From a virus, in IMG/VR virus record IMGVR_UViG_3300033149_002674, positions 3,971-67,970 of that record: a stretch of DNA of 64,000 nt. One strand, 5' to 3'. A model generated the notes under the pieces. It ran no database searches, was not told the DNA's origin, and worked only from the letters and a program-made list of their open reading frames with translations. A program made the position numbers and the translations under genes. Below are positions 46,960-56,889 of this stretch, piece after piece; position 1 is the stretch's first letter; each line of letters starts with the position of its first letter.

Positions 46960-49900
46960 ATGGCAAAAAAATCCTTATATATTAACGGTATTAACACCGA
47001 TGATCTGATCCCAGTCCCAACTGGAAATGGTGTTTTAAGGAGAAACGAGTCTGACACCGCTTACGAGTGGGCAGACTTATCACCATCCTCTGCAGAGGAT
47101 GGATACATTGCTATTGCCCAGGGTGGCGATATCACCTGGCTAAATGCTGACACTGATGGGTATGTGCTTACCTGGAACTCTACTCTTAACTCATGGCAGC
47201 CTCAGCCAACTCAGGGCGTAGGTGGAGAGGAAACTCTTGCCGAGACTCTTGCTTTTGGCAATACAGCTGATGGTATCAATATTGATTTGAACGGAGGTGC
47301 TCAGCTTACCTCTTCAGACGGCAATGTTACAGTTGGAGATAACCTTGATGTAACCGGTAATGCAGCCATAACAGGGAACACCAATGTTACCGGCGATGGA
47401 TATGTCCTTGGCAACTTTGAGGTTGCAGGAAAGTTAGTACTTGATGCAAATACAGACTTCAATAACGCCGGATACAGAGATGTACTAGCAGTTAATCAGG
47501 CAGGCACAGCTCTTGAGTACATCTCACCAGCAGAGTTCCTCGGTCTTGAGCAAGAGACCATACCTGTAACTATTAATGGACAGCAGGCATTTATTCTCTC
47601 AGAGATACCAGTAGGTGACGGATATGTAATGATGTTCGTTAACGGCATGAAGCAACAGTACGGTGTTGATTATGTTGGTGTTGGTACTTCCATCATGTAC
47701 TCCGATACAGATCTTATCACAGCTGATGTTGTTGAGTTCTTCTATCACACTTTTACAACTGCTACGGCACCTCCAGGTGGAATGCAGACGCTTGCTGACA
47801 CTCTCCTTCTTGGAAATGTTACTGGTGGAACAGATATTGTTTTAAGTTCCGGTGATGCAATAACCAATACACTTGGATCGACGCTTGACATCAATACATT
47901 AAGCAATGCTGTTGGTACATCAAATAACATAGATATTTTTACTGGAAATGCTCTTGGTGATTCTGGTAACATCAATCTTACAACTGGTATCGCTGGTGGC
48001 ACCAGAGGCATTGTAAATATTGATGGAGATGGTTACGTTCTTGGAGATTTTGGAATCTCTGGTAAGCTTACTGTTGATGGACTTATAGACCCAACAGGTC
48101 TCGTTTTAACAGAGCAGGCTGTTGCTCCATACTCTCCTCTTGTAGGAGGCTCTACTGAAGGTATGCTTTGGGTTAGGAACGATGGATATATGTTCCACAC
48201 TAACCAGGATGATACCACTATTGCTCTTGATACTATTCTTTCAAGCGCAGCTGGCTCTATCAATGCAGATACTATTACATCTAATTTAAATGGGGAGTTT
48301 ATAAATGTAGACCTTCCTAACATTGAACTAAGATATGATGATGGCGAGGGATTCTTTCTTCAAGGATTTGCATTTGTAGCTAGAGATGCTGGAAGCGTAG
48401 GAAATGCAAATGTAACAGCATTTACAACATCAGGAACCGGTGTTGGCCCTCTAACAGTATTCTTATCTCCAGTTTCCCCAGGTAATAGTGCGATCACTGG
48501 ACTTACTGGTGGTACAGGATTTATTGTTGGTGATACTGTAGAAATTACAGAAGTCGATCATGGTACCGGTCCAATAGCTGTAGGACCCCTGACAGCTGTC
48601 TATTCTAAGAGAGGGGGCACTTCTAGAATAGGAACAAACTCAAAGATTTTGAGTGGCGATGTTGGTCCTAATATGACACTGCTTGGTGGTGGTGCAGGTA
48701 ACAATCTTGCTCCGGGTTCAACTGGAAGTGTTATCCTGGGTAACGCTGGGGAGGGTCTGACAGGAGCATTCTCGTCCGTTCTTATAGGTAATGATACGGG
48801 ACCTCAGGGCGGATCTGTATTTGGTGCAGTCATGATAGGTGACAAAGCTGGTGGAGGGTCATTCCCTTCCATTGGCGAGATTTTTATTGGTCAGTTTGCT
48901 GGATATGGAGCATCTACAATTGGTGGCATTGCTCTCGGTACCCAGGCAATGGGATCAGGCGTAATCGGCAACAACCATATCGCTATCGGTCTTCAAGCGA
49001 TGGGTGGCCCAGAGATTTCTGGTATTAGCAATATTGCTATTGGTACTCAAGCAATGGGTGGTGGTAGAATTACCGGGAATGATAATATTGCTATTGGTTC
49101 CCAGTCAATGGGCTCACCTTTGGGTGATATTAATAATGCTATTACAATTGGCAGAGTATCAAATATAATAAGTGGCAACTCTTTTGTTAATATTGGCGAT
49201 GAGTTTGTTGTCAATAGGGATAGTACAAGTGTTAACTCAACTGGAAATACTTATATTGGCATTGGTGATGTGGGAAGCGTTGGAGTCAATAATCTAACAA
49301 ATCGCGCCTTAGTTAACTTTACAACCAAGCCAGATCAGTTCACTACGAACGATTCTACGCCATACTTTTTTGTAAATGGAGAAAATGCTTACAATATCTA
49401 CGCTGGATTTAGACCAAACCCAGGCGTGAATAATTCGATACAGAATATTTCATATTCTAATAATGGTATTTATGACTCAACGGTAAATGTTGGAGGTTCA
49501 TTTGCTCTTGCAGATGGCTCTTATACTGTTAATGCATATACATCATCAGGAACTGGTACAGGTATTCTTTATGTTAAGATAGCTTCTAATGCTGTAATAA
49601 AGGTTACTGGTGGCTCTAACTTCGCAGTATCAGAGACAGTTAATATCACATCTATTCTTGATGATAACGGATCTCCGATTGCTGGAGCACCTGCAGCAGA
49701 CCTCTCAGTATCTGTACTCACAATTGAAGGATATTATGGAGGGAGTGGGCTTAGAGTTGTAGAAGCCAAGTATTCTACTGATTCTACCTCTGGCTTCGGA
49801 AAGATTTACAGCAATGCTATTAATGGAAGATTTGTTGGTGGTGGAAACTTTGAACTCGGTGATACAATTGAGATTTTCTCTATTGGAGAAAATCAGGCAA

Positions 49901-52900
49901 CAACAAATGGTATCAACTCTGTTAGTATTACTAATGGTGGTATTCTAAATTGGTCATCTGTTCAAACTGGTGATTTTAATCTAATTCCAGGCAGGTATGA
50001 TGTAACAGCTTATTCAACAACCGGCTCTGGAACCGGAACGTTAACTGCAGAGATTGATGGTATAGGTAGAATATCCAAATTATATGGCGGTGATAACTTT
50101 GGCTCTGAAACGGTTACTGTTACAGAAATTGATGGAGTCCCGTCTGATGAAGATGGCGTATTTAATATCACCAGCACTGGTGTTGGAACATTTGATGTAA
50201 CTGATGGCTTGAAACAGGTTACTGCTTATACTACTTCTGGTTCTGGAACTGGCACTATATTTGTTAATATGTTTAATAGACATATAGCTGGATTACAAGT
50301 TGGTGGTCAAGGCTTTGCCGCACTTGATACTATTACAATTACAGAGATTGAAGGCGTCCCTGTTCAGAATGCATCTGGAACAATTACAGTTACATCAATA
50401 ACGGCCACGGGGGGAGCAACTAGAACAAGAGCTTATATTACAGAAATTCAAGATGATAATATAATATCAGCATCTGCTGGTGATATGTATTTCTCACCAT
50501 CTGGTATATCTATAAATACAGATGGCTCTACCGGTTGGGAAATTCAAGGTGATCAACCTCATCTAGTAATTGGAACTTCTCCTACAGATCTACAAGACGG
50601 CATAGCTGGTGGTGTTAATGCTTTTGGTACTGGTGTAAATGATCCGATCCCAGATGCACTAATCGGATCTGTTGTTTTTGGCAATGATGCGTGTTCAGGC
50701 TCTCAGTTCCCAGTAGGATTTAGTGTTCTTATAGGAGACCAGGCTGGGCCTCAAAATAATGGAAATGGTCCTGGCTTTATGTCTCTTGGACCTTGGTCAA
50801 CTGTAATTGGATACCAGTCAGGTCAGGGAATTTCCAATAGTGTAGGATTTGGTCAGACTTATCTTGGAGCAAATACAGGTCCGCAAACACTTGGAACAAA
50901 TGTTGGCTTTAACAATGTTGCTATTGGTAGAGATACATTTACAGAATCAAGTGGTTTATCACAGGAAATAATAGGAATTGGTTTTAACAACCTTAAAGAT
51001 CCTCGTATTGGTCCTAATACAATAGCAATTGGTTCTAATATTCTATCTGCACCAGAAATTATTGGTAATGGTGCAGTAACCGGAGTATCAGTTGGAACAG
51101 GTGGAGCAGTAGCAAATCCAGATGGTAACTATATTGTTAACCCTGGAGACTATACAGATACTATAGACGGTAGAGCTTTGGTATTAAATGTAACGGTCAC
51201 AGGTGGTACTGTAACAGGAGTTTCTGTTAACTTTCCTGATGTGGGATATGCTTATAATCCCGGAGATATAATAGCCATCAATCAAATTAATGGTCTTGCA
51301 GTTACAGTATCTCCTGTTATTAACATAAATAGTACACAGGCAGTTTCAAACGAAAAGAATATCATCATTGGCTCTGGAGCAATGTCTAATATTGGTCAGG
51401 CTGGTGATACTTATAGTGCTGTATCCAACAATATTGTAATAGGCAATGATGCTGCAGCTAATCTTCAAGATATTAGCCCTGCTCTTGCACTTCAAAATAT
51501 AATTATTGGTAATAGTGCTGCAGAAAATGCTACTCTTGGTGGTGGTCCATCAGTTATTATTGGAGACCTTGCTGGTCAGAATGCTTCTATATTTGGAACA
51601 ACAAATTTCAATGCTATTGTTGGTTACCAAGCTGCACAGAACGCTACATCTCTGGATTCATGTGTTGTATTTGGTTCAGGAGCCGTAAGGCTTTCTACAG
51701 GAATTTCCTATGGAACCTTCCTTGGACATGGAACTGGTACTAATGCAAGCGGTGAAAGAACAGTTGTCGTTGGTTGGCTTGCTGGTAGCCAAGCAGGATC
51801 AAGATCTGTTATCATGGGTGCCGAAGCAGCTGTTTCAGGCCCAAATAACGACTCTGTTATTATAGGTTACCAGGCTGGTAATGGCATTACAATAGGTTTT
51901 GAGAATGTTATTATAGGTGGTAATGCTGCAGATCTATTAACGGAAGGTTCTAATAATACATTAATAGGTAAAAGTATTGCGCCCTCTCTAACGACAGGCT
52001 CTGGAAACACTGCTGTTGGCGGTTCTAGCACTCTTGATGCAATTACAACACAGTCTGGAAATGTTGCTCTTGGTGATGGTGCTGGTACAGGATTTACTGG
52101 CAGTGGTACAATTCTTATTGGTGGTGGATCTGGTAGCGGTGGCTCAACGACATCTGGCTTATTTATAGGTGCAGGTGCAGGCTCTGGAGCGTCTGATTCA
52201 AATCAAGTAGCTATTGGTAACGGAACAATAGTAACTGGCAATGATTCGGTTGCTTTAGGTACTGCAGCAGCTGTTAGTGGCGGTGCGGGTGTAGCGGTTG
52301 GTACTGCATCATCAGCAGCAGATACATCAGTAGCAGTTGGTTTTACAGCCTCTGCAGCTGGTTCAAGTGGAATCGCAATAGGTCCAGCTGCTAATGCCGG
52401 AACAGGTGGAACAAATACAGTAATAGGCTTCTTAGCTGGCTCAGGAGCACTTAGCGGATCTAATAACTTACTTATTGGTAATGCCTCTAACACATTGACA
52501 GGGGCTTCTAATGATAATGTTATCATAGGCAACATCCCATTTGTATCAATTCCAACTGCTCCTATTAGTGATTATATAAATCTTGCTGGCGTTATCAAGG
52601 GATCTCTTGCTGCAGGACCTGGTAATGCAGTCGCTGCAATTGGTGGCCCAGCTGCTTATGATCCAACTAGCCAGGCAGAGACACTTTACGTATTCGGAGA
52701 TGGATATGTAGAAGGCGACTTCGGAATATCTGGCAAACTTTCTGTTGATGGACTAATCGATCCAACCGGAATGGTATTTGTTAACCAGTCTTCTGTACCG
52801 GGAGGTACTCCTGCAACTGGAGAAACAACTCTTTGGGTTAGAGACTCTGATGGTTATGCAATTCTTACAGATGAGTTTGGTAATGATAATGTTCTAGGTC

Positions 52901-54492
52901 AAGGTGGTGGCGGAGGAGGCGGTTCACAAGATCTTGAATCTGTTCTTATTAATGGAGACACAACCAGAGGCAATGATATTGTCATATCTACCGGTGATGC
53001 TATCACAACTGAAACTGATGGCAGTAGCTTAACTGTTCAAACAAGAGAAGCTGCTGGTGTTAATGGTGATTTTTATATCTCATCTGGTGATTTTGCAACG
53101 GCTGGAAATGCTAAGATGCAACTTACACCAACCTCTACACAAATAGAGGCTGCATTTGAGACTGATATTCAGATAAGATCTGGCGGAGCCAACGGGACTA
53201 GCTCTGGAAATGTTACCATTCAGTCATATGCAGCTGGCGGATCAGGTGTGGGTTCTGGTGGACAGATATCATTGGATGCAGGTGACGCATCTGGCGGTAA
53301 TTTCGCAGGCGGAACAATACAGATTACTTCAGGTAATGGTTCCGGAACTGGAGTTGCTGGTGCTATTAACCTAACAGCTGGAAATGGTGATGGCGTTTCT
53401 ACTGGTATAGGTGGCGCTGTTAATATAGCTGGTGGTACATCTCAGACAGTAGGTGGCTCTGTAACCTTAACCTCTGGCGAAGGCGAGACTTTCGGTGGAA
53501 ATCTTGTTCTCACAGCTGGAAACTCTGATAATGGCAATGCTGGAGACTTGATCTTCGCAGCAGGAGATACAGTCAATGGTTCAGGTGGTGCTGTTAGTAT
53601 TACCTCTGGCGCTGTTACTGGTGCTGGAACTGATTCTGATATTGATATCACAACTGGTGGAGCTGGACAGATTCACCTTGATGCATTAACCAATGGACTT
53701 GGCTCTGTTCAAGTTGATGGTAACATAATTAATATTGCATCACTTGCTACTGCTACAATAACTGGTGCAAATACAACAATGTCTGCGACAGGAACTGTTT
53801 TACTAAGTGGTTCTACTGCAAATATTACATCATCTGGTGTTGGAGGACTTGCTATAACGGCTGGTGGTGCTGGTGACCTCACCCTTGATAACGGAGTTCC
53901 GTTTGTCTGGCCAACAGCAGATGGCTCTAATGGGCAGGTTCTAACAACAGATGGATCTGGGAATCTTTCATTTGCCTCTAGTGGTGGCGGACTCACTGCT
54001 CCAGCTAACCCAGCTGAAGATGGTTATGTTCCAATCGCATCCGGAGGCGATCTCACTTATCTTAGAGGAGATGCAGATGGTGATGTTCTTGCTTGGAATG
54101 AAAGTGCAGAGACTTGGGAGTCTCAGACATTATCAGCTAATCTTGGAACAAATATTACAGGAAATGTTCAAACAACAGATGCGACCCAAACTACTCTTGC
54201 AACATTTAGTGCAAATACAAATGACACTATTTATTCATTCAGGGCTGAGGTAACGGGTATTCAGGCCGGTGCAAATGGTGCTGGCTATGAAATAAAAGGT
54301 ACCTTCAAGAGAATTGGAGGTACGGTAACGCAAATTGGATCTACTCTTGTCGTTTATGCTCACGAGGATGATTCGACATGGGGTGGAGTAACGTTCGACA
54401 TATCAGGTTCTGATATAAGAGTTAGAGTAACCGGATTGGCAGCTACAACAATCGACTGGCAATGCTTTGGAAATATTAAGGTTGGATCATAA
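46960..54492 (+). CDS. Giant Gly-rich tail fibre / adhesin-like protein
   Basis: 2510 aa. YadA-head-like xxAIG repeats, TAYTTSGxGTG-like repeats, GGxxxLxxG beta repeats, duplicated GKLxVDGLIDPTG. Nine DGY motifs. Confidence 0.75.
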   Translation: MAKKSLYINGINTDDLIPVPTGNGVLRRNESDTAYEWADLSPSSAEDGYIAIAQGGDITWLNADTDGYVLTWNSTLNSWQPQPTQGVGGEETLAETLAFGNTADGINIDLNGGAQLTSSDGNVTVGDNLDVTGNAAITGNTNVTGDGYVLGNFEVAGKLVLDANTDFNNAGYRDVLAVNQAGTALEYISPAEFLGLEQETIPVTINGQQAFILSEIPVGDGYVMMFVNGMKQQYGVDYVGVGTSIMYSDTDLITADVVEFFYHTFTTATAPPGGMQTLADTLLLGNVTGGTDIVLSSGDAITNTLGSTLDINTLSNAVGTSNNIDIFTGNALGDSGNINLTTGIAGGTRGIVNIDGDGYVLGDFGISGKLTVDGLIDPTGLVLTEQAVAPYSPLVGGSTEGMLWVRNDGYMFHTNQDDTTIALDTILSSAAGSINADTITSNLNGEFINVDLPNIELRYDDGEGFFLQGFAFVARDAGSVGNANVTAFTTSGTGVGPLTVFLSPVSPGNSAITGLTGGTGFIVGDTVEITEVDHGTGPIAVGPLTAVYSKRGGTSRIGTNSKILSGDVGPNMTLLGGGAGNNLAPGSTGSVILGNAGEGLTGAFSSVLIGNDTGPQGGSVFGAVMIGDKAGGGSFPSIGEIFIGQFAGYGASTIGGIALGTQAMGSGVIGNNHIAIGLQAMGGPEISGISNIAIGTQAMGGGRITGNDNIAIGSQSMGSPLGDINNAITIGRVSNIISGNSFVNIGDEFVVNRDSTSVNSTGNTYIGIGDVGSVGVNNLTNRALVNFTTKPDQFTTNDSTPYFFVNGENAYNIYAGFRPNPGVNNSIQNISYSNNGIYDSTVNVGGSFALADGSYTVNAYTSSGTGTGILYVKIASNAVIKVTGGSNFAVSETVNITSILDDNGSPIAGAPAADLSVSVLTIEGYYGGSGLRVVEAKYSTDSTSGFGKIYSNAINGRFVGGGNFELGDTIEIFSIGENQATTNGINSVSITNGGILNWSSVQTGDFNLIPGRYDVTAYSTTGSGTGTLTAEIDGIGRISKLYGGDNFGSETVTVTEIDGVPSDEDGVFNITSTGVGTFDVTDGLKQVTAYTTSGSGTGTIFVNMFNRHIAGLQVGGQGFAALDTITITEIEGVPVQNASGTITVTSITATGGATRTRAYITEIQDDNIISASAGDMYFSPSGISINTDGSTGWEIQGDQPHLVIGTSPTDLQDGIAGGVNAFGTGVNDPIPDALIGSVVFGNDACSGSQFPVGFSVLIGDQAGPQNNGNGPGFMSLGPWSTVIGYQSGQGISNSVGFGQTYLGANTGPQTLGTNVGFNNVAIGRDTFTESSGLSQEIIGIGFNNLKDPRIGPNTIAIGSNILSAPEIIGNGAVTGVSVGTGGAVANPDGNYIVNPGDYTDTIDGRALVLNVTVTGGTVTGVSVNFPDVGYAYNPGDIIAINQINGLAVTVSPVININSTQAVSNEKNIIIGSGAMSNIGQAGDTYSAVSNNIVIGNDAAANLQDISPALALQNIIIGNSAAENATLGGGPSVIIGDLAGQNASIFGTTNFNAIVGYQAAQNATSLDSCVVFGSGAVRLSTGISYGTFLGHGTGTNASGERTVVVGWLAGSQAGSRSVIMGAEAAVSGPNNDSVIIGYQAGNGITIGFENVIIGGNAADLLTEGSNNTLIGKSIAPSLTTGSGNTAVGGSSTLDAITTQSGNVALGDGAGTGFTGSGTILIGGGSGSGGSTTSGLFIGAGAGSGASDSNQVAIGNGTIVTGNDSVALGTAAAVSGGAGVAVGTASSAADTSVAVGFTASAAGSSGIAIGPAANAGTGGTNTVIGFLAGSGALSGSNNLLIGNASNTLTGASNDNVIIGNIPFVSIPTAPISDYINLAGVIKGSLAAGPGNAVAAIGGPAAYDPTSQAETLYVFGDGYVEGDFGISGKLSVDGLIDPTGMVFVNQSSVPGGTPATGETTLWVRDSDGYAILTDEFGNDNVLGQGGGGGGGSQDLESVLINGDTTRGNDIVISTGDAITTETDGSSLTVQTREAAGVNGDFYISSGDFATAGNAKMQLTPTSTQIEAAFETDIQIRSGGANGTSSGNVTIQSYAAGGSGVGSGGQISLDAGDASGGNFAGGTIQITSGNGSGTGVAGAINLTAGNGDGVSTGIGGAVNIAGGTSQTVGGSVTLTSGEGETFGGNLVLTAGNSDNGNAGDLIFAAGDTVNGSGGAVSITSGAVTGAGTDSDIDITTGGAGQIHLDALTNGLGSVQVDGNIINIASLATATITGANTTMSATGTVLLSGSTANITSSGVGGLAITAGGAGDLTLDNGVPFVWPTADGSNGQVLTTDGSGNLSFASSGGGLTAPANPAEDGYVPIASGGDLTYLRGDADGDVLAWNESAETWESQTLSANLGTNITGNVQTTDATQTTLATFSANTNDTIYSFRAEVTGIQAGANGAGYEIKGTFKRIGGTVTQIGSTLVVYAHEDDSTWGGVTFDISGSDIRVRVTGLAATTIDWQCFGNIKVGS

Positions 54493-54514
54493 GCAGAGCG
54501 GACTAGGGTAAAAT

Positions 54515-56692
54515 ATGTCTAATAAGTATATACAAACTACAGACCAAAAAAATCCAGAGAACCTTCCAGATACAACGGGGCAGGGAGGCAAGGTACTTGC
54601 TCGTAATGCAGGTAATACTGACTGGGAATTTGTCGAGCAGGGTGGTTCATCAGATCCTACTTATACCCCAGTTAACTTCACACCAACTGGTGGAGATATC
54701 GATGGGTATCTTGAAGGTATTGACAACGAGCTTGCTCCAGGAGCTACAGTAGTTGAAAATGTTGGAAGGCAACTTCTTGATACAACCTATAGCCCAATTG
54801 GTCTTTGGCATTTTGATGGAGACCTAACAGACTCTTCTGGTAATGAATACAATCTAACAGCTGGTTCTGGTGAAAACTATAACATATCACCATTACCCGG
54901 AGTACAAGGTATTGAATTAGCTGACTCTGATAGTTTTTCAATTAATGAGCCAGCACTTAGATTATCTGGGGAGATGACACTTCAATGTGTATACTTTGAT
55001 GAAGGAGGAGATAATCCAAGACAAATTGTTGGATGTTGGGGACCAACAGAGTCATCTGCTGATAACTTTTTATACTCTTTGAAGATTGATGGTGGTCATA
55101 TTACGTACTTCCATGAAACGGGTGCTGGAATTAATGTTGATTTAAATTCAAATGTTAATATGCCACAAAATGAATGGGTGCATCTTGCATTCACAAGAAC
55201 CGGCACTGGTGATGTAAAGATTTTCTTAAACGGAACAAAAATCGCTGATGGTTCTCCCGGGCTTCCTACTGATGGATCTGCAGCAATATTTGGAGTAAAT
55301 AACTTCGCAGCTCAAAAAGCCATAGGCAGTTTATCTTCTGTCAAGGTTAATGACTTTGTTTTAACAGAAGAGCAAATCTTACTTGAAGCTCGAAAGGCTT
55401 TGAATGTTGGGTCTATTACTGCTTCAACATCTTACCTAATAGCACAAGATTCCTTTGATGTCATCAGATGGTTCGGTCCAGGTTCTATAGTAACAACTAC
55501 AGTAACAAATCAAGGGTCTTCAGGGGTGACTGATGATCTTACAACAAATAATGGAACATCTCACAATGATGCATCTCCTCCTGATGCTGATACATTCAAG
55601 GTAAAGGGTAATGTTGATGGTGCAAGAACGCAAACCATGCATTACGAGACCGCAACGTCTCCAACAAATCCAGATGTCTCAAATGGTTTAACAATATCTG
55701 GCTGGCTGTACTATGAGGGTGGCATTGCTAATCTTGATAGAATCTGCCTAAAGCAAAATTCTACAGCATGGTCTGGATCTCCACTTTATACGTATGGATT
55801 CCTAGCAGAAAATGGCCCTGCATCAACATTGATATTTAATATCAATGCTGGCGGTACAGCTACTGCACTTTCTGCACCTAATACATTTGTATCAGACAAT
55901 GAAAGAACATGGATACATATAGGTGCAACAATAGACGCTGGTGGAAGCACTGTTAGGCTGTATGTAAATGGTGTTGAAGCAGATAATACTGCGCTAGTAG
56001 CTGCCCCAGTTTATGGAACAGGTCCATGGGTTCTTGGTAACCGAGTAGGAGCTTCTGCAAATAGATTCCCAGGCACATTTCTTGACTGGAGAGTTGCAGA
56101 AACTGAGCGTGATGCTAACTGGTTTGAAAGTGCATATACCAGGGGTATTGACTTCATCCAGGAATCATCCGCTGCGTTAAGGGCTCCTAATGATTCAGAA
56201 AATGGAGGAGTTGCGCTGGCTGTTAATGGTGATGTTTCTTATCTTCAGGGAACCGGAGATGGGTATGTTCTTGCTTGGAATGAAACCGATCAGGCTTGGG
56301 AGTCCCAGAATCAATCAAATGATTCTACTATTGATACCATTACTATAGTATCAACAACTCAAACAACTCAGCAAACTGGTTTTACAGTTCTGTCTGCATT
56401 TGAGTTTGATCCAGCAGACTTTAACAATCCAACCTCTGTAGACTTTAGGGCATTGATTGAAACAGATAATGCAGCTGATGGAGCTGAGATTAGACTATTA
56501 AATATTACTACTGCATCTGAAGTTACTGGCTCTGTACTGTCAACTACTAACACAACAACCACATTAGTAAATGCAGATTTGGTTGCAAATATGGCTTCTG
56601 GCTCAAACATCTATGAGGTTCAACTAAGGCTTCAAACAACCGGGGCACCAAATACAGCTTCTTGCAAGAGAGCAGAGTTAAGGGTTTCCTAG
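54515..56692 (+). CDS. Virion appendage protein with two LamG/concanavalin-A-like lectin domains
   Basis: GLWHFDGDLTDSSGN, WVHLAFT...IFLNG, LTISGW...WIHIGAT...RLYVNG. Confidence 0.75.
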   Translation: MSNKYIQTTDQKNPENLPDTTGQGGKVLARNAGNTDWEFVEQGGSSDPTYTPVNFTPTGGDIDGYLEGIDNELAPGATVVENVGRQLLDTTYSPIGLWHFDGDLTDSSGNEYNLTAGSGENYNISPLPGVQGIELADSDSFSINEPALRLSGEMTLQCVYFDEGGDNPRQIVGCWGPTESSADNFLYSLKIDGGHITYFHETGAGINVDLNSNVNMPQNEWVHLAFTRTGTGDVKIFLNGTKIADGSPGLPTDGSAAIFGVNNFAAQKAIGSLSSVKVNDFVLTEEQILLEARKALNVGSITASTSYLIAQDSFDVIRWFGPGSIVTTTVTNQGSSGVTDDLTTNNGTSHNDASPPDADTFKVKGNVDGARTQTMHYETATSPTNPDVSNGLTISGWLYYEGGIANLDRICLKQNSTAWSGSPLYTYGFLAENGPASTLIFNINAGGTATALSAPNTFVSDNERTWIHIGATIDAGGSTVRLYVNGVEADNTALVAAPVYGTGPWVLGNRVGASANRFPGTFLDWRVAETERDANWFESAYTRGIDFIQESSAALRAPNDSENGGVALAVNGDVSYLQGTGDGYVLAWNETDQAWESQNQSNDSTIDTITIVSTTQTTQQTGFTVLSAFEFDPADFNNPTSVDFRALIETDNAADGAEIRLLNITTASEVTGSVLSTTNTTTTLVNADLVANMASGSNIYEVQLRLQTTGAPNTASCKRAELRVS

Positions 56693-56828
56693 TGGTACAT
56701 ACAATAGGAACCTGGATATCACTTCTGGACCGTACAGGACGATCCAGATTTTGCAGGAACAAACGCTCCTGGCGCAATATAAAGTGGTTCAGCTGTTACT
56801 CTAACTAAGAATAATAAAGCCTCAAAAG

Positions 56829-56844
56829 TAATAAAATGCCATTT
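56829..56844 (+). promoter_or_regulatory. Candidate late-promoter motif TAAT-N7-CATTT
   Basis: Intergenic, about 48 nt upstream of the ATG at 56890. Same spacing as the motifs at 4635, 45255 and 62469. Confidence 0.3.
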
Positions 56845-56889
56845 ATCTAGAAGAGTAAAGAAGGTATTTCCTTATCTTTTGGAGAATAA

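Noticed and set aside
56693-56800. Possible stop read-through or gene remnant after the LamG fibre gene (in-frame ...PGYHFWTVQDDPDFAGTNAPGAI*)
   Set aside because: It is interrupted by a second TAG, is very short, and has no convincing start or similarity. It cannot be supported as a gene or pseudogene.
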